Of a stretch of 64,000 bases of DNA, positions 53,440-61,602 are shown piece after piece (positions within the stretch are counted from its first letter, which is position 1; each line of letters begins with the position of its first letter). This DNA comes from Chloroflexota bacterium. Lineage in GTDB: Bacteria > Chloroflexota > Anaerolineae > Aggregatilineales > Phototrophicaceae. The notes beneath the pieces were generated by a model. It was not told the DNA's origin, made no database searches, and saw nothing but the letters and a program-made list of their open reading frames with translations. Made by a program: the position numbers and the translations under genes. The stretch covers positions 12,137 through 76,136 of the forward strand of contig JAPOWK010000093.1 of assembly GCA_026707665.1 (NCBI GenBank), written 5' to 3'.

Positions 53440-54543
53440 ATGAAAATCGAGCGCATCGCCGCTTATCAAGTGGACCTGCCGCTGCACGAAGGCAGCTATA
53501 AATGGTCGGGCGGGAAGTCGGTCGAAGTCTTCGATAGCACGATAGTCCGCGTCGATACCGACAGCGGGATTTCGGGCTACGGCGAAGTCTGCCCGCTGGG
53601 TCCCTTTTACCTGCCGGCTTATGCCGACGGTGTGCGCGCCGGCATCCGAGAACTGGCGCCACATTTGCTCGGCGCCGATCCGGCGCAGCTGAGCCCGCTC
53701 AATCGACAAATGGAAGCGGCGCTGAAAGGGCACCCCTACGTCAAGGCGGGCATCGACATCGCTTGCTGGGACATCCTGGGAAAAGTGACGGGACAGCCGG
53801 TCTGCACCCTGCTCGGCGGCCGTTACGGCGACGACTTTGTGCTCTATCGCGCCATCTCGCAGGGCAGTCCCGAAGCAATGGCGGAGAATGTTGCCGGCTA
53901 TCGCGCCGACGGCTATCGACGCTTTCAGCTCAAAGTGGGCGCCAATCCGGAAGAAGACATTGAACGAATCCGGCAAGTCGCCGATCTGCTGGAGCCGAGC
54001 GACAAGCTCATCGCCGATGCCAACACCGGCTGGCTGATGCACGAAGCGGCGCGCGTCGTTCGCGGCGTCGATGATATCGACGTTTATATCGAGCAGCCCT
54101 GCCTCACTTACGAAGAATGCCTATCGATTCGCCGCCGCTGCACCCATCCATTCGTGCTGGATGAAAACGTCGATGGCATTGGCATGCTCCTGCGAGGCCA
54201 TGCTGACCAGGCGATGGATGTGGTCAATATCAAGATCAGCAAATTCGGCGGGTTGACCCAATCCACCTTGGCGCGCGATCTCTGCCTGGAGATGGGGGTG
54301 GCGATGACCATCGAAGACAGCTGGGGCGGCGATATTACAACAGCGGCGATCGCCCACCTGGCGCATAGCACACCGACCGAGTTCCTCTTCACCGCCACCG
54401 ATTTCAATAGTTACGTCACCGTCAGTACCGCGGATGGCGCGCCACAGCGAGCCCAGGGACGTATGGCTGCTTCGAAGGCGCCAGGCTTGGGTGTCGAGCC
54501 AAAATGGGATGTGCTGGGCGAGCCGGTTGTTGACATCCGCTAG
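53440..54543 (+). CDS. Mandelate racemase / muconate lactonizing enzyme family (enolase superfamily) protein
   Basis: [15 protein letters not shown]...GYGE capping domain. The barrel carries KLKVG-like FQLKVGA, DANTGW, IEQP and DE. Substrate unknown. Confidence 0.75.
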   Translation: MKIERIAAYQVDLPLHEGSYKWSGGKSVEVFDSTIVRVDTDSGISGYGEVCPLGPFYLPAYADGVRAGIRELAPHLLGADPAQLSPLNRQMEAALKGHPYVKAGIDIACWDILGKVTGQPVCTLLGGRYGDDFVLYRAISQGSPEAMAENVAGYRADGYRRFQLKVGANPEEDIERIRQVADLLEPSDKLIADANTGWLMHEAARVVRGVDDIDVYIEQPCLTYEECLSIRRRCTHPFVLDENVDGIGMLLRGHADQAMDVVNIKISKFGGLTQSTLARDLCLEMGVAMTIEDSWGGDITTAAIAHLAHSTPTEFLFTATDFNSYVTVSTADGAPQRAQGRMAASKAPGLGVEPKWDVLGEPVVDIR

Positions 54544-54550
54544 ACGCGAC

Positions 54551-55585
54551 ATGACATCACAACTTGATACTCTCAATATCGAAGAGCCAGACCAGCTTCT
54601 CCCTTACTTGCGCGCGCGAGGCTTGATCGCCTCCGACGAAGCGCCAGCATTCCACACACTTAGCGGCGGCGTTTCCAATCGTACGGTCCGGGTCGGGCGC
54701 CAGAACGGCGCCGACTGGGTGATCAAACAGGCGCTGGCAAAGCTGCGTGTTCAGGTCGACTGGTTCAGCGATCCGACGCGCATCCGACGCGAAACCGCCG
54801 GTCTGCGCTGGCTGGGTAGAATCATCCCCGGCCATGTCCCCGAATTCATCTTTGAAGACGCCAAAAGCAATATCCTGGCGATGACCGCCATCCCGCAGCC
54901 GCATGAGAATTGGAAGGCGGTTCTGCTCAAGGGCCAAACAGAGGGGAGATTGGCCCAGTCTTTCGGCGGATTGCTGGCGAAGATTCATAGCGCGGCCGCC
55001 GATTATCCGCAGCTCGCCGATGAATTTGCCGAGCGGCGTTTCTTTGAAGAGTTACGGCTGGAACCCTACTACGGATATACAGCGACGCAAGTGCCGGAAG
55101 CGGCGCCCTTCCTGACAGAGCTTATCGAAGCGACGCGCGCCCGCCGATTGGCGCTCGTGCACGGCGATTACAGCCCGAAGAATGTGCTGATACATCAGGA
55201 CAGGTTGATCATTCTCGATTACGAAGTCATCCATTTCGGCGATCCCGCCTTTGATATCGGCTTTTCGCTAACGCATTTCTTGAGCAAGGCCCATCATTTG
55301 CCTGCGCGCCGCGAGTCTTTTCTCGACCTGGCGCGGCATTACTGGCGAGCCTACCACAACAATCTCACAGCGCCCTTGCGCGAATCAACGCGAGCATTCG
55401 CCGTCAAGCATAGCTTGGCTTGCATGCTTGCGCGCGTCGCCGGCCGCTCGCCGCTGGAGTACCTGGATGCCAGCGAACGCCAGCGACAAAAGCGCATCGT
55501 ACTCGAATTGATGCCGCAAGATTTATGCGAAGTACCGAGCCTTATAGACGCTTTCGGCGCAGAACTGAAGCGCGTTAATGAGTGA
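54551..55585 (+). CDS. APH-fold phosphotransferase (aminoglycoside / methylthioribose-kinase-like small-molecule kinase)
   Basis: LSGGVSNRTVRV...WVIKQAL and the catalytic HGDYSPKNVLI...ILDYEV. I chose the internal start at ATG 54551 because the longer ORF-track form overlaps the upstream gene by 110 nt. Confidence 0.7.
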   Translation: MTSQLDTLNIEEPDQLLPYLRARGLIASDEAPAFHTLSGGVSNRTVRVGRQNGADWVIKQALAKLRVQVDWFSDPTRIRRETAGLRWLGRIIPGHVPEFIFEDAKSNILAMTAIPQPHENWKAVLLKGQTEGRLAQSFGGLLAKIHSAAADYPQLADEFAERRFFEELRLEPYYGYTATQVPEAAPFLTELIEATRARRLALVHGDYSPKNVLIHQDRLIILDYEVIHFGDPAFDIGFSLTHFLSKAHHLPARRESFLDLARHYWRAYHNNLTAPLRESTRAFAVKHSLACMLARVAGRSPLEYLDASERQRQKRIVLELMPQDLCEVPSLIDAFGAELKRVNE

Positions 55586-56849
55586 GATTGAATCCGTCTC
55601 CGCGGTAGAGATTCTTGACAGCCGCGGGCGCCCCACCCTGCTCGCCTTCTGTCGGCTTGCTGATGGCGTGACCGGGCAAGCGTCGGTGCCATCAGGCGCG
55701 TCGACCGGCGCCGCTGAGGCTTTGGAGCTGCGCGACGGCGATCCGAAGCGTTATGACGGTCTTGGCTGTCTAAAAGCCGTAGACAACATCAAGGGCGAGA
55801 TCAACGACGCGCTCGCCGGGCGCCATTTTGAATCACAGGCGGAGCTGGACCACTTCCTGATAGAGCTGGACGGTACTGAAAATAAGAGACGCCTCGGCGC
55901 CAATGCAATTCTCGGCGTTTCGCTGGCCTTCTGCCGGGCGCAGGCATCCCAACGCAGCGCCCCGCTCTACGCCCATTTGGCTCAGTTGGCGGGATTAGGC
56001 CCTCGCCTGCCGCGACCGATGATCAACCTTTTCAGTGGCGGCGCCCACGCCGGCGGACAAGTCGCCATTCAAGATGTGCAGATTGTCGTGCCCCGCGCGG
56101 GCAGCATCCGCCAAACTCTCGAAATCACGTCTGAGGTATTCCGCGCCGCTTTCAATCTCGTCTCGGAACGCTACGGAATGCGCCTGCTGACCGCCGACGA
56201 AGGCGGTTTGGCGCCGCCCTTTGAGACATCGGAAGCGATGCTGAGTACCGCAGTCGAAGCGATCAAACTCGCCGGCTACTTCCCAGGGCTAGAAGTCTCG
56301 CTGGCGCTTGATGTGGCGGCTTCTCAATTCTATTCGGAGGGCCGGTATCACATCGACGGCAATAGCATTGACCGCAACGGCATGCTCGACCTTTTCTATG
56401 AATGGTGCACAACATTCCCAATCGTGAGACTGGAAGATGGCCTGCACGAGTCGGATTGGGTAGGCTGGCAGCAACTAAAGAAAGTCCTGGCTGGCCACAC
56501 TTTGACAATCGGCGATGATCTCCTTTGTACCAACCCGGCCCGGATTCGGCGCGCGATCGATCTACAAGCCTGCGCCAGTCTTCTACTCAAGGTCAATCAG
56601 ATCGGCACGTTAACAGAAGCGCTGGAGGCCATGCGCCTGGCGCGGAAGGCCAACTGGCAGGTCGTTGTGAGCGCCCGCAGCGGCGAAACGGAAGACGACT
56701 GGCTGGCCGATCTGGCAGTCGGCTGGGCGGGGGACTACATCAAGGTGGGTTCCATCACGCAATCCGAACGTTTGGCAAAATACAACCGTCTCCTGATCCT
56801 GGAGGCGACAACTGACTTGAAGCTTACGAACTTGCCTACAGCAGGCTAG
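55578..56849 (+). CDS. Divergent enolase (phosphopyruvate hydratase) paralogue
   Basis: AVEILDSRGRPTL, SVPSGASTGAAEALELRDGD, DEGGLAP, LKVNQIGTLTEA and SARSGETEDDWLADLAV. Overlaps the kinase gene by 8 nt. Confidence 0.75.
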   Translation: MSEIESVSAVEILDSRGRPTLLAFCRLADGVTGQASVPSGASTGAAEALELRDGDPKRYDGLGCLKAVDNIKGEINDALAGRHFESQAELDHFLIELDGTENKRRLGANAILGVSLAFCRAQASQRSAPLYAHLAQLAGLGPRLPRPMINLFSGGAHAGGQVAIQDVQIVVPRAGSIRQTLEITSEVFRAAFNLVSERYGMRLLTADEGGLAPPFETSEAMLSTAVEAIKLAGYFPGLEVSLALDVAASQFYSEGRYHIDGNSIDRNGMLDLFYEWCTTFPIVRLEDGLHESDWVGWQQLKKVLAGHTLTIGDDLLCTNPARIRRAIDLQACASLLLKVNQIGTLTEALEAMRLARKANWQVVVSARSGETEDDWLADLAVGWAGDYIKVGSITQSERLAKYNRLLILEATTDLKLTNLPTAG

Positions 56850-57627
56850 ACAGCAAGCCGCCATCAATGCGATAACTTGCGCCGGTGATGAACGAGGCCT
56901 CATCGCTTGCCAGGAAGAGCACTAGCTTCGCCACCTCTTCCGGCCGTCCGACGCGACCAATCGGGTGCTGCTCGCCCCAATCTTGAATCGCGCCCTCTGG
57001 GTCGTCAGGACCAAAGAGCTGGGCGGCTTCATCCAGCATCGGCGTGTGGATTGAACCGGGCGCAATGCAATTGCAGCGGATATTTTCCCGCGCATGATCC
57101 AGCGCGACCGTCGTCGTAAAGCTCGTCACCGCGCCCTTTGACGCGGCATACGCGGCCACCGTGCGCTGGGATGCCACCGCCTGCACCGACGAGGTATTGA
57201 CGATGGCGCCGCCGCTGCGCTTGCGCATCTCCGGAATACAATACTTGCAAGTCAGGAACATGGCGCGCAGGTTGATGTTGATCTGGTAATCCCAGTCTTC
57301 AACCGGCTGATCGACGACCGTGCCATAGCGAACGACGCCGGCATTGTTATGCAATACATCGACGCCTCCGAATTGCTCAACCGCCTCGTTAGCTAGATGT
57401 TTGACATAAGTTTCTTTGGCGATGTCCCCAGCGACAAAAAGCGCCTGCCCGCCCTTGTCTTCAATGAGATTCCTGACGATTTCACCGGCTCGGCGGTCAA
57501 TATCGGCGATGACGACGCTCGCCCCTTCATCGGCGAAGGCGATGGCGCAGGCGCGCCCGATGCCTTTGCCAGCGCCAGTTACGATGACAACCTTATCTTT
57601 GAATCGCTGCCTCATGGCATCGGTCAC
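56836..57627 (-). CDS. SDR-family oxidoreductase
   Basis: KVVIVTGAGKGIGRA, NNAG, YAASKGA. The GTG start overlaps the upstream stop (GTGA). Confidence 0.8.
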   Translation of the reverse strand: MTDAMRQRFKDKVVIVTGAGKGIGRACAIAFADEGASVVIADIDRRAGEIVRNLIEDKGGQALFVAGDIAKETYVKHLANEAVEQFGGVDVLHNNAGVVRYGTVVDQPVEDWDYQININLRAMFLTCKYCIPEMRKRSGGAIVNTSSVQAVASQRTVAAYAASKGAVTSFTTTVALDHARENIRCNCIAPGSIHTPMLDEAAQLFGPDDPEGAIQDWGEQHPIGRVGRPEEVAKLVLFLASDEASFITGASYRIDGGLLSSLL

Positions 57628-58685
57628 TTGAGCTGGACCCTGCCCGCGCTATCAATGTGCGCAACACCGGCGCGCGACTCATAGAACACGACCTTCATCT
57701 CAACTTCACGGGATTCGCCCGGCTGCAAGGTCAGATGCGAGCCCGTCGATTCCATCACCGCGCTCAAGCCATGCCCGGGAATCGACGAGGCCGGTTCGAT
57801 AGCGATGACATACGAGCGCCTGTAAAAGGGGAATCCCGGCGAAGAATTCAACTCCTGCCAGAACCAGGCATAGGGGAATACGTCTGAGTCCCAGCTGAAT
57901 CCGATGCCGAAGCCAAGCTGCTGGTTGGTGATGCTATACCAACCGGTTTCGAATTCCTTGAGATAACCGAGCAGGTCGCGCGGCTGATCCGGCGGCGGGA
58001 TCGTTGACAAATCGAGATCGCCGGCAAGGGGCCAAGTGTATTCCTTGTCAAGCGTCAAGGGATTGGCGGCGCCCTCATAGCTGTCGTCCGCTTGCAATAT
58101 TCTTGCGTCGGTATCGATGACACAGTGTTTGCTGAGAAAGGGCGCGCCAAAGGCCGGATGGTGGCTCCACATGCAATCCATCGCTTCACCGGCCTCATTG
58201 GTGATTCGTTCGCGAATACGCAGGATCGGGCGGCCCGCCTCCAAACGCATCCAGCGCTCGATGGTAAAAGGACTGCGCGATAAATGCAGCGACAGCTTCA
58301 GCTCGATAGATGTGGCGGAGTCTTCAATGAGCTGGTAGTCCCAAGCGGCCATGGAAGCCTCGCCGTGGTAGCCCAGTTCAACGCCCTTATAGGTGTTGGC
58401 GAAGCCGCCGTTGGGGAAGAGCACCTGCCAACCGCCGGCGTAAGCCTCCAACCAAGCCGTCATCGAATCGACGGCGGAATCGAAGCCGCGCGCCGCTTCC
58501 TTCAGCCCCCAAGGCGACTTCCACATCACGTCCGTATTTTTGGGTTTGTAGATCAAGCGATAGATATCCGCGCCCTTGTCGAGCAGGATAGTGACTGAGA
58601 GGATGTCATTTTCGATATTGAGCGCGCGCAGCGTTCGACCGAGCACGACCTCTCGCGCCTTACATGCCATCGTTCGCCTTCCCAT
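57624..58685 (-). CDS. Aldose-1-epimerase-like (DUF4432-type) beta-sandwich protein
   Basis: GADIYRLIYKP...MWKSPWG...GGWQVLFPNGG...HGEASMAAWDY...HPAFG follows the galactose-mutarotase-like motif order. Confidence 0.55.
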   Translation of the reverse strand: MGRRTMACKAREVVLGRTLRALNIENDILSVTILLDKGADIYRLIYKPKNTDVMWKSPWGLKEAARGFDSAVDSMTAWLEAYAGGWQVLFPNGGFANTYKGVELGYHGEASMAAWDYQLIEDSATSIELKLSLHLSRSPFTIERWMRLEAGRPILRIRERITNEAGEAMDCMWSHHPAFGAPFLSKHCVIDTDARILQADDSYEGAANPLTLDKEYTWPLAGDLDLSTIPPPDQPRDLLGYLKEFETGWYSITNQQLGFGIGFSWDSDVFPYAWFWQELNSSPGFPFYRRSYVIAIEPASSIPGHGLSAVMESTGSHLTLQPGESREVEMKVVFYESRAGVAHIDSAGRVQLK

Positions 58686-59456
58686 TTATAGCTGAATGGT
58701 CAAGCCGCCATCGGCGACAATGGCGGCGCCGGTGATGAAGGACGAGGCATCGCTGCATAAGAACAGCGCGACCTGCGCCATTTCTTCCGGCTGACCAACC
58801 CTGCCCAGCACATGCAGCCCGCCCCATTCTTTGATGGCGCCGTCCGGGTCCTCCGGCTGCATTTGCTCGGCGGCGAAGCGCAGCAATGGCGTTTCAATCG
58901 AACCGGGACAGATACTGTTGGCGCGGATATTGTCGGCCGCGTGGTCAATCGCCATCGTACGCGTCATCGCGATGACGGCGCCCTTGGAGGCCGCATAAGC
59001 CGCGACATTGGGCTGGCTGAACAAACCTTGCACCGAAGCGACCGTGACCACCGCGCCGCCGCCCCGTTTCGCCATTTCCGGAATGCAGTACTTCGCCGCC
59101 AAATAAACGCCCTTCGCGTTCACATCCAGTGTGCGGTCCCAAACGTCCTCGTCCGTGCTGACGACCGAACCATACGTTTGGATGCCGGCGCTGGCCACCA
59201 GATAGTCGATGCCGCCAAATGCGGCAACCGCCTCTTGCGCGATCCGCTGCGCATCAGCCGGAACGGAAATATCCGCGACCACAGCGAGGCAATCCCCGCC
59301 GGCCGCCCGCAGCCTCTCCGTCCGCTCGTTGAGATCGCTTTCGTTGACATCGCTGAGTACGACGCACGCGCCCTCAGCGCTGAAGGCGTCGGCCGTGGCG
59401 CCGCCGATGCCGGTGGCCGCACCGGTAACAACGGCAATCTTGTCCTTGAATCGCAT
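58686..59456 (-). CDS. SDR-family oxidoreductase
   Basis: MRFKDKIAVVTGAATGIGGA, YAASKGA. I chose the internal start at 59456 because it is preceded by GGAGGAGGA. The 5' extension in the ORF track runs into repeat sequence. Confidence 0.8.
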   Translation of the reverse strand: MRFKDKIAVVTGAATGIGGATADAFSAEGACVVLSDVNESDLNERTERLRAAGGDCLAVVADISVPADAQRIAQEAVAAFGGIDYLVASAGIQTYGSVVSTDEDVWDRTLDVNAKGVYLAAKYCIPEMAKRGGGAVVTVASVQGLFSQPNVAAYAASKGAVIAMTRTMAIDHAADNIRANSICPGSIETPLLRFAAEQMQPEDPDGAIKEWGGLHVLGRVGQPEEMAQVALFLCSDASSFITGAAIVADGGLTIQL

Positions 59457-59654
59457 CCGATCCTCCTCCATATCTGCAAAGCGCGCAATGTAAGCAAATT
59501 GTGGCATATCAGCAGCAAAATGTCGATTGCCGCCAGCAGAAAGGACGGCTATCGACTCACTCGCCACAATGCCGCCGCCCACAAATCCCATCCCCACGCC
59601 CCATCCCAATCTGTAAGGCTTGTCCGATACTGCAGAAAGCCTGTTTTCCTTACG

Positions 59655-59720
59655 TTTTACCCCATCCCCGGCCCTTCCCGTAGGTCTATGTCTACGTGAC
59701 CCAGTGAACTAGGGAAGGGT
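59655..59720. repeat. G/C-rich hairpin repeat (TTTTACCCCATCCCCGGCCCTTCCC...CTATGTCTACGTG...GGGAAGGG)
   Basis: The 5' part is nearly identical to 60583-60610. The loop segment CTATGTCTACGTG recurs at 59981-59993. Confidence 0.6.
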
Positions 59721-59795
59721 GACTCGACAGCGGAATTGGGATATTCGCGTGCTGTGACAGTCAGGAACCCGTAGATTAGAGCGCACGGCAAGAGT

Positions 59796-59873
59796 GCTCC
59801 CCCTTCCTTAGCTTGCTGGATGCCCGCCATAGAGATGGCGGGAGAGGGGGTTGGGGGGATGGGGTGTAACCGG
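59796..59873. repeat. G/C-rich nested hairpin repeat (CTCCCCCTTCC...CCCGCCATAGAGATGGCGGG-AGAGGGGG plus a TTGGGGGGATGGGGTG tail)
   Basis: Read directly. The tail resembles the GGTGGGGTGA tail at 14840-14850. Confidence 0.55.
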
Positions 59874-59960
59874 CGAGAAAGCATGGCGCAGTATCGGACA
59901 AGCCTTGTAGGGGCGACACTTGTGTCGCCCTCCCGTAAATGCCATCCCCCGCATGCAGCG

Positions 59961-60033
59961 TCACCCCCTCTCTCAAAGCGCTATGTCTACGTGCGCCCCT
60001 TGTGGGAGAGGGGGCCAAGGGGTGAGGGGTACA
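59961..60033. repeat. G/C-rich hairpin repeat (CCCCCTCTCTC...CTATGTCTACGTG...GGGAGAGGGGG plus a CCAAGGGGTGAGGGGT tail)
   Basis: Read directly. It shares the loop word with 59686-59698. Confidence 0.55.
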
Positions 60034-60108
60034 ATAACCGCCACGCCACACCACCGGACAAGCCCTGCAGGATTTCCCTTTGGAGGAAATCTGGTTAGAA
60101 TCCGAAAC

Positions 60109-60516
60109 ATGGCAAAGACCGAGCATGGCAGCAAAAACGTCTTCAACATCAGCAATCCAGCGCGTTATCGCTGCCAGATATTTCATTACCATCGCAAACT
60201 CTCGCGCCTCTACCTGAGCGTTTATCAAGGGCAGCGGGAACAGCCAGCTTTCTACCTGCTCTTCGCCGATGTTGCCTACATCGACGCGCCGATGAGCTGG
60301 ATCGGCGCCGACTTCGACATTGCCGAGCGAGACGAGTGCGTCGCGCTCATGCTGGATCTTGGCTTGGTGGGTGATGCAATTCACCGGTTTCCGGACGCCT
60401 ATGCCTCAATCACCGACTACGCCCGTCTCTATCGTGTGGGGTCCGTTCACAGCAAGATCCGCATCATCGCGGGCAGCGGCGCCATCTTGCAGACGATTCC
60501 CCGCGAAATTCAGTAA
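60109..60516 (+). CDS. Hypothetical protein (135 aa)
   Basis: MAKTEHGSKNVFNISNPARYRCQIFHYHRKLSRLYLSVYQGQREQPAFYLLFADVAYIDAPMSW... I chose the internal ATG at 60109 because the upstream part of the ORF-track ORF (59920-60108) is repeat-derived. No family recognised. Confidence 0.45.
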   Translation: MAKTEHGSKNVFNISNPARYRCQIFHYHRKLSRLYLSVYQGQREQPAFYLLFADVAYIDAPMSWIGADFDIAERDECVALMLDLGLVGDAIHRFPDAYASITDYARLYRVGSVHSKIRIIAGSGAILQTIPREIQ

Positions 60517-60582
60517 CCATTCCCCACCAGCCCGCGCCAGAAGTAGTTCCAACTAAGTAGTGAGAATTCTGGTTTGCCGCTA

Positions 60583-60628
60583 TTTTACCCCATCCCCCGG
60601 CCCCTTCCCCAGCGAGCTAGGGAAGGGG
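60583..60628. repeat. G/C-rich hairpin repeat (TTTTACCCCATCCCCCGGCCCCTTCCCC-agcgagcta-GGGAAGGGG)
   Basis: Short-loop version of 59655-59720. Confidence 0.6.
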
Positions 60629-60647
60629 AGGTCGCTAGCGAGGCGGT

Positions 60648-60678
60648 ATTTCGCATGACAAACTTGGTTCTACTGAGA
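60648..60678. repeat. Copy C (3' ~30 bp only) of the repeat found upstream of the two STAND NTPase genes
   Basis: atttcgcatgacaaacttggttctactgaga compared with 7369-7398 ttttcgcatgactaacttggttctactgaga. Confidence 0.65.
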
Positions 60679-60818
60679 AGTGAGCAGGTCGCCGCTAAGC
60701 GCTGTACTGACTGTGAGGCATTCCAAAGGCGGTCGCCAAGCCATGTCGACGCGCTCATGATATAATCACTGAATCTGCCAGGACCGAGAACCGCCGCCAC
60801 CGAAACTATAGGAATTCA

Positions 60819-61553
60819 ATGAGACATCCGCCTTCAAAACCCCCCAATCCGAATGCCCCGAAACCGACTTTTAGCGTGGTCATCCCTTGCTATAACGAGG
60901 TCAACACGGTGAAAGATATCGTGACCCGCGTGCTTGCCGAAGAGATTGTCGACGAAGTCATCATCATTGATGACGGCTCGACAGATGGCTCGCGCGATGT
61001 GTTGATGGCGATTGAGGCGCAGGGCAGCAGCAAGGTCCGCGTCCTTTACCATGAGCGAAATCAAGGCAAGGGCGCCGCGCTCGTGACTGGATTCCGCGAA
61101 ACCACCGGCGAGGTGATCATCATTCAGGATGCCGATTTCGAGTACGACCCGCGCGAATACGGGCTGCTGCTGCGGCCGATACAGGAGGGGGTCGCGACAG
61201 TCGTGTATGGATCGCGCTTTCTCGGCGGCACGCGCAAGGCAATGAATTTCTGGAATATGGTCGCCAACAAAGGTTTGACGCTCATTACCAATATCTTATT
61301 CAACGCCATCATCAGCGACATGGAAACATGCTACAAATGTTTTCGCCGCGAAGTGGTCGAAGACATGAAGATCAACGCGCGCGGTTTCGAATTCGAGCCG
61401 GAATTCACCGCCAAAGTGCTGCGGCAAGGCATACGCATCGTTGAAGTGCCCATCTCCTATTACGGGCGCGAATATGACGAGGGTAAAAAGATTAAATGGA
61501 CCGACGCCCCAATCGCCGCCTGGACGCTTCTGCGCTATCGATTCTTCGGCTGA
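60819..61553 (+). CDS. Family 2 glycosyltransferase (polyprenol-phosphate sugar synthase-like)
   Basis: FSVVIPCYNEVNTV...IIIDDGSTDGS...IIQDADFEYDP...VYGSRF. Confidence 0.8.
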   Translation: MRHPPSKPPNPNAPKPTFSVVIPCYNEVNTVKDIVTRVLAEEIVDEVIIIDDGSTDGSRDVLMAIEAQGSSKVRVLYHERNQGKGAALVTGFRETTGEVIIIQDADFEYDPREYGLLLRPIQEGVATVVYGSRFLGGTRKAMNFWNMVANKGLTLITNILFNAIISDMETCYKCFRREVVEDMKINARGFEFEPEFTAKVLRQGIRIVEVPISYYGREYDEGKKIKWTDAPIAAWTLLRYRFFG

Positions 61554-61602
61554 GGCTTTTCGCAGGCTGGCGGCTGCCCCGGTCAACTTGAATGAAGCTC
61601 AG

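Larger units (their letters stand above)
59611..59910. repeat. ~300-bp segment bounded by 22-bp imperfect inverted repeats (MITE-like), enclosing two G/C-rich hairpin repeats
   Basis: The left end is CTGTAAGGCTTGTCCGATACTG (59611-59632). The reverse complement of the right end (59889-59910) is CTACAAGGCTTGTCCGATACTG, giving 18 consecutive identical bases. Confidence 0.5.

Noticed and set aside
59776-60384. 202-aa minus-strand ORF, and the 5' extension (59920-60108) of the 198-aa plus-strand ORF
   Set aside because: Both run through the hairpin repeats and give pseudo-peptides (PLAPSPTRG, GERGPRGEG). I kept only the 60109-60516 portion as a low-confidence CDS.
59600-60640. Possible CRISPR array, suggested by the clustered G/C-rich palindromic repeats
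   Set aside because: The repeats are not identical, vary in length and are irregularly spaced. There is no leader, no uniform spacer size and no cas gene in the window.
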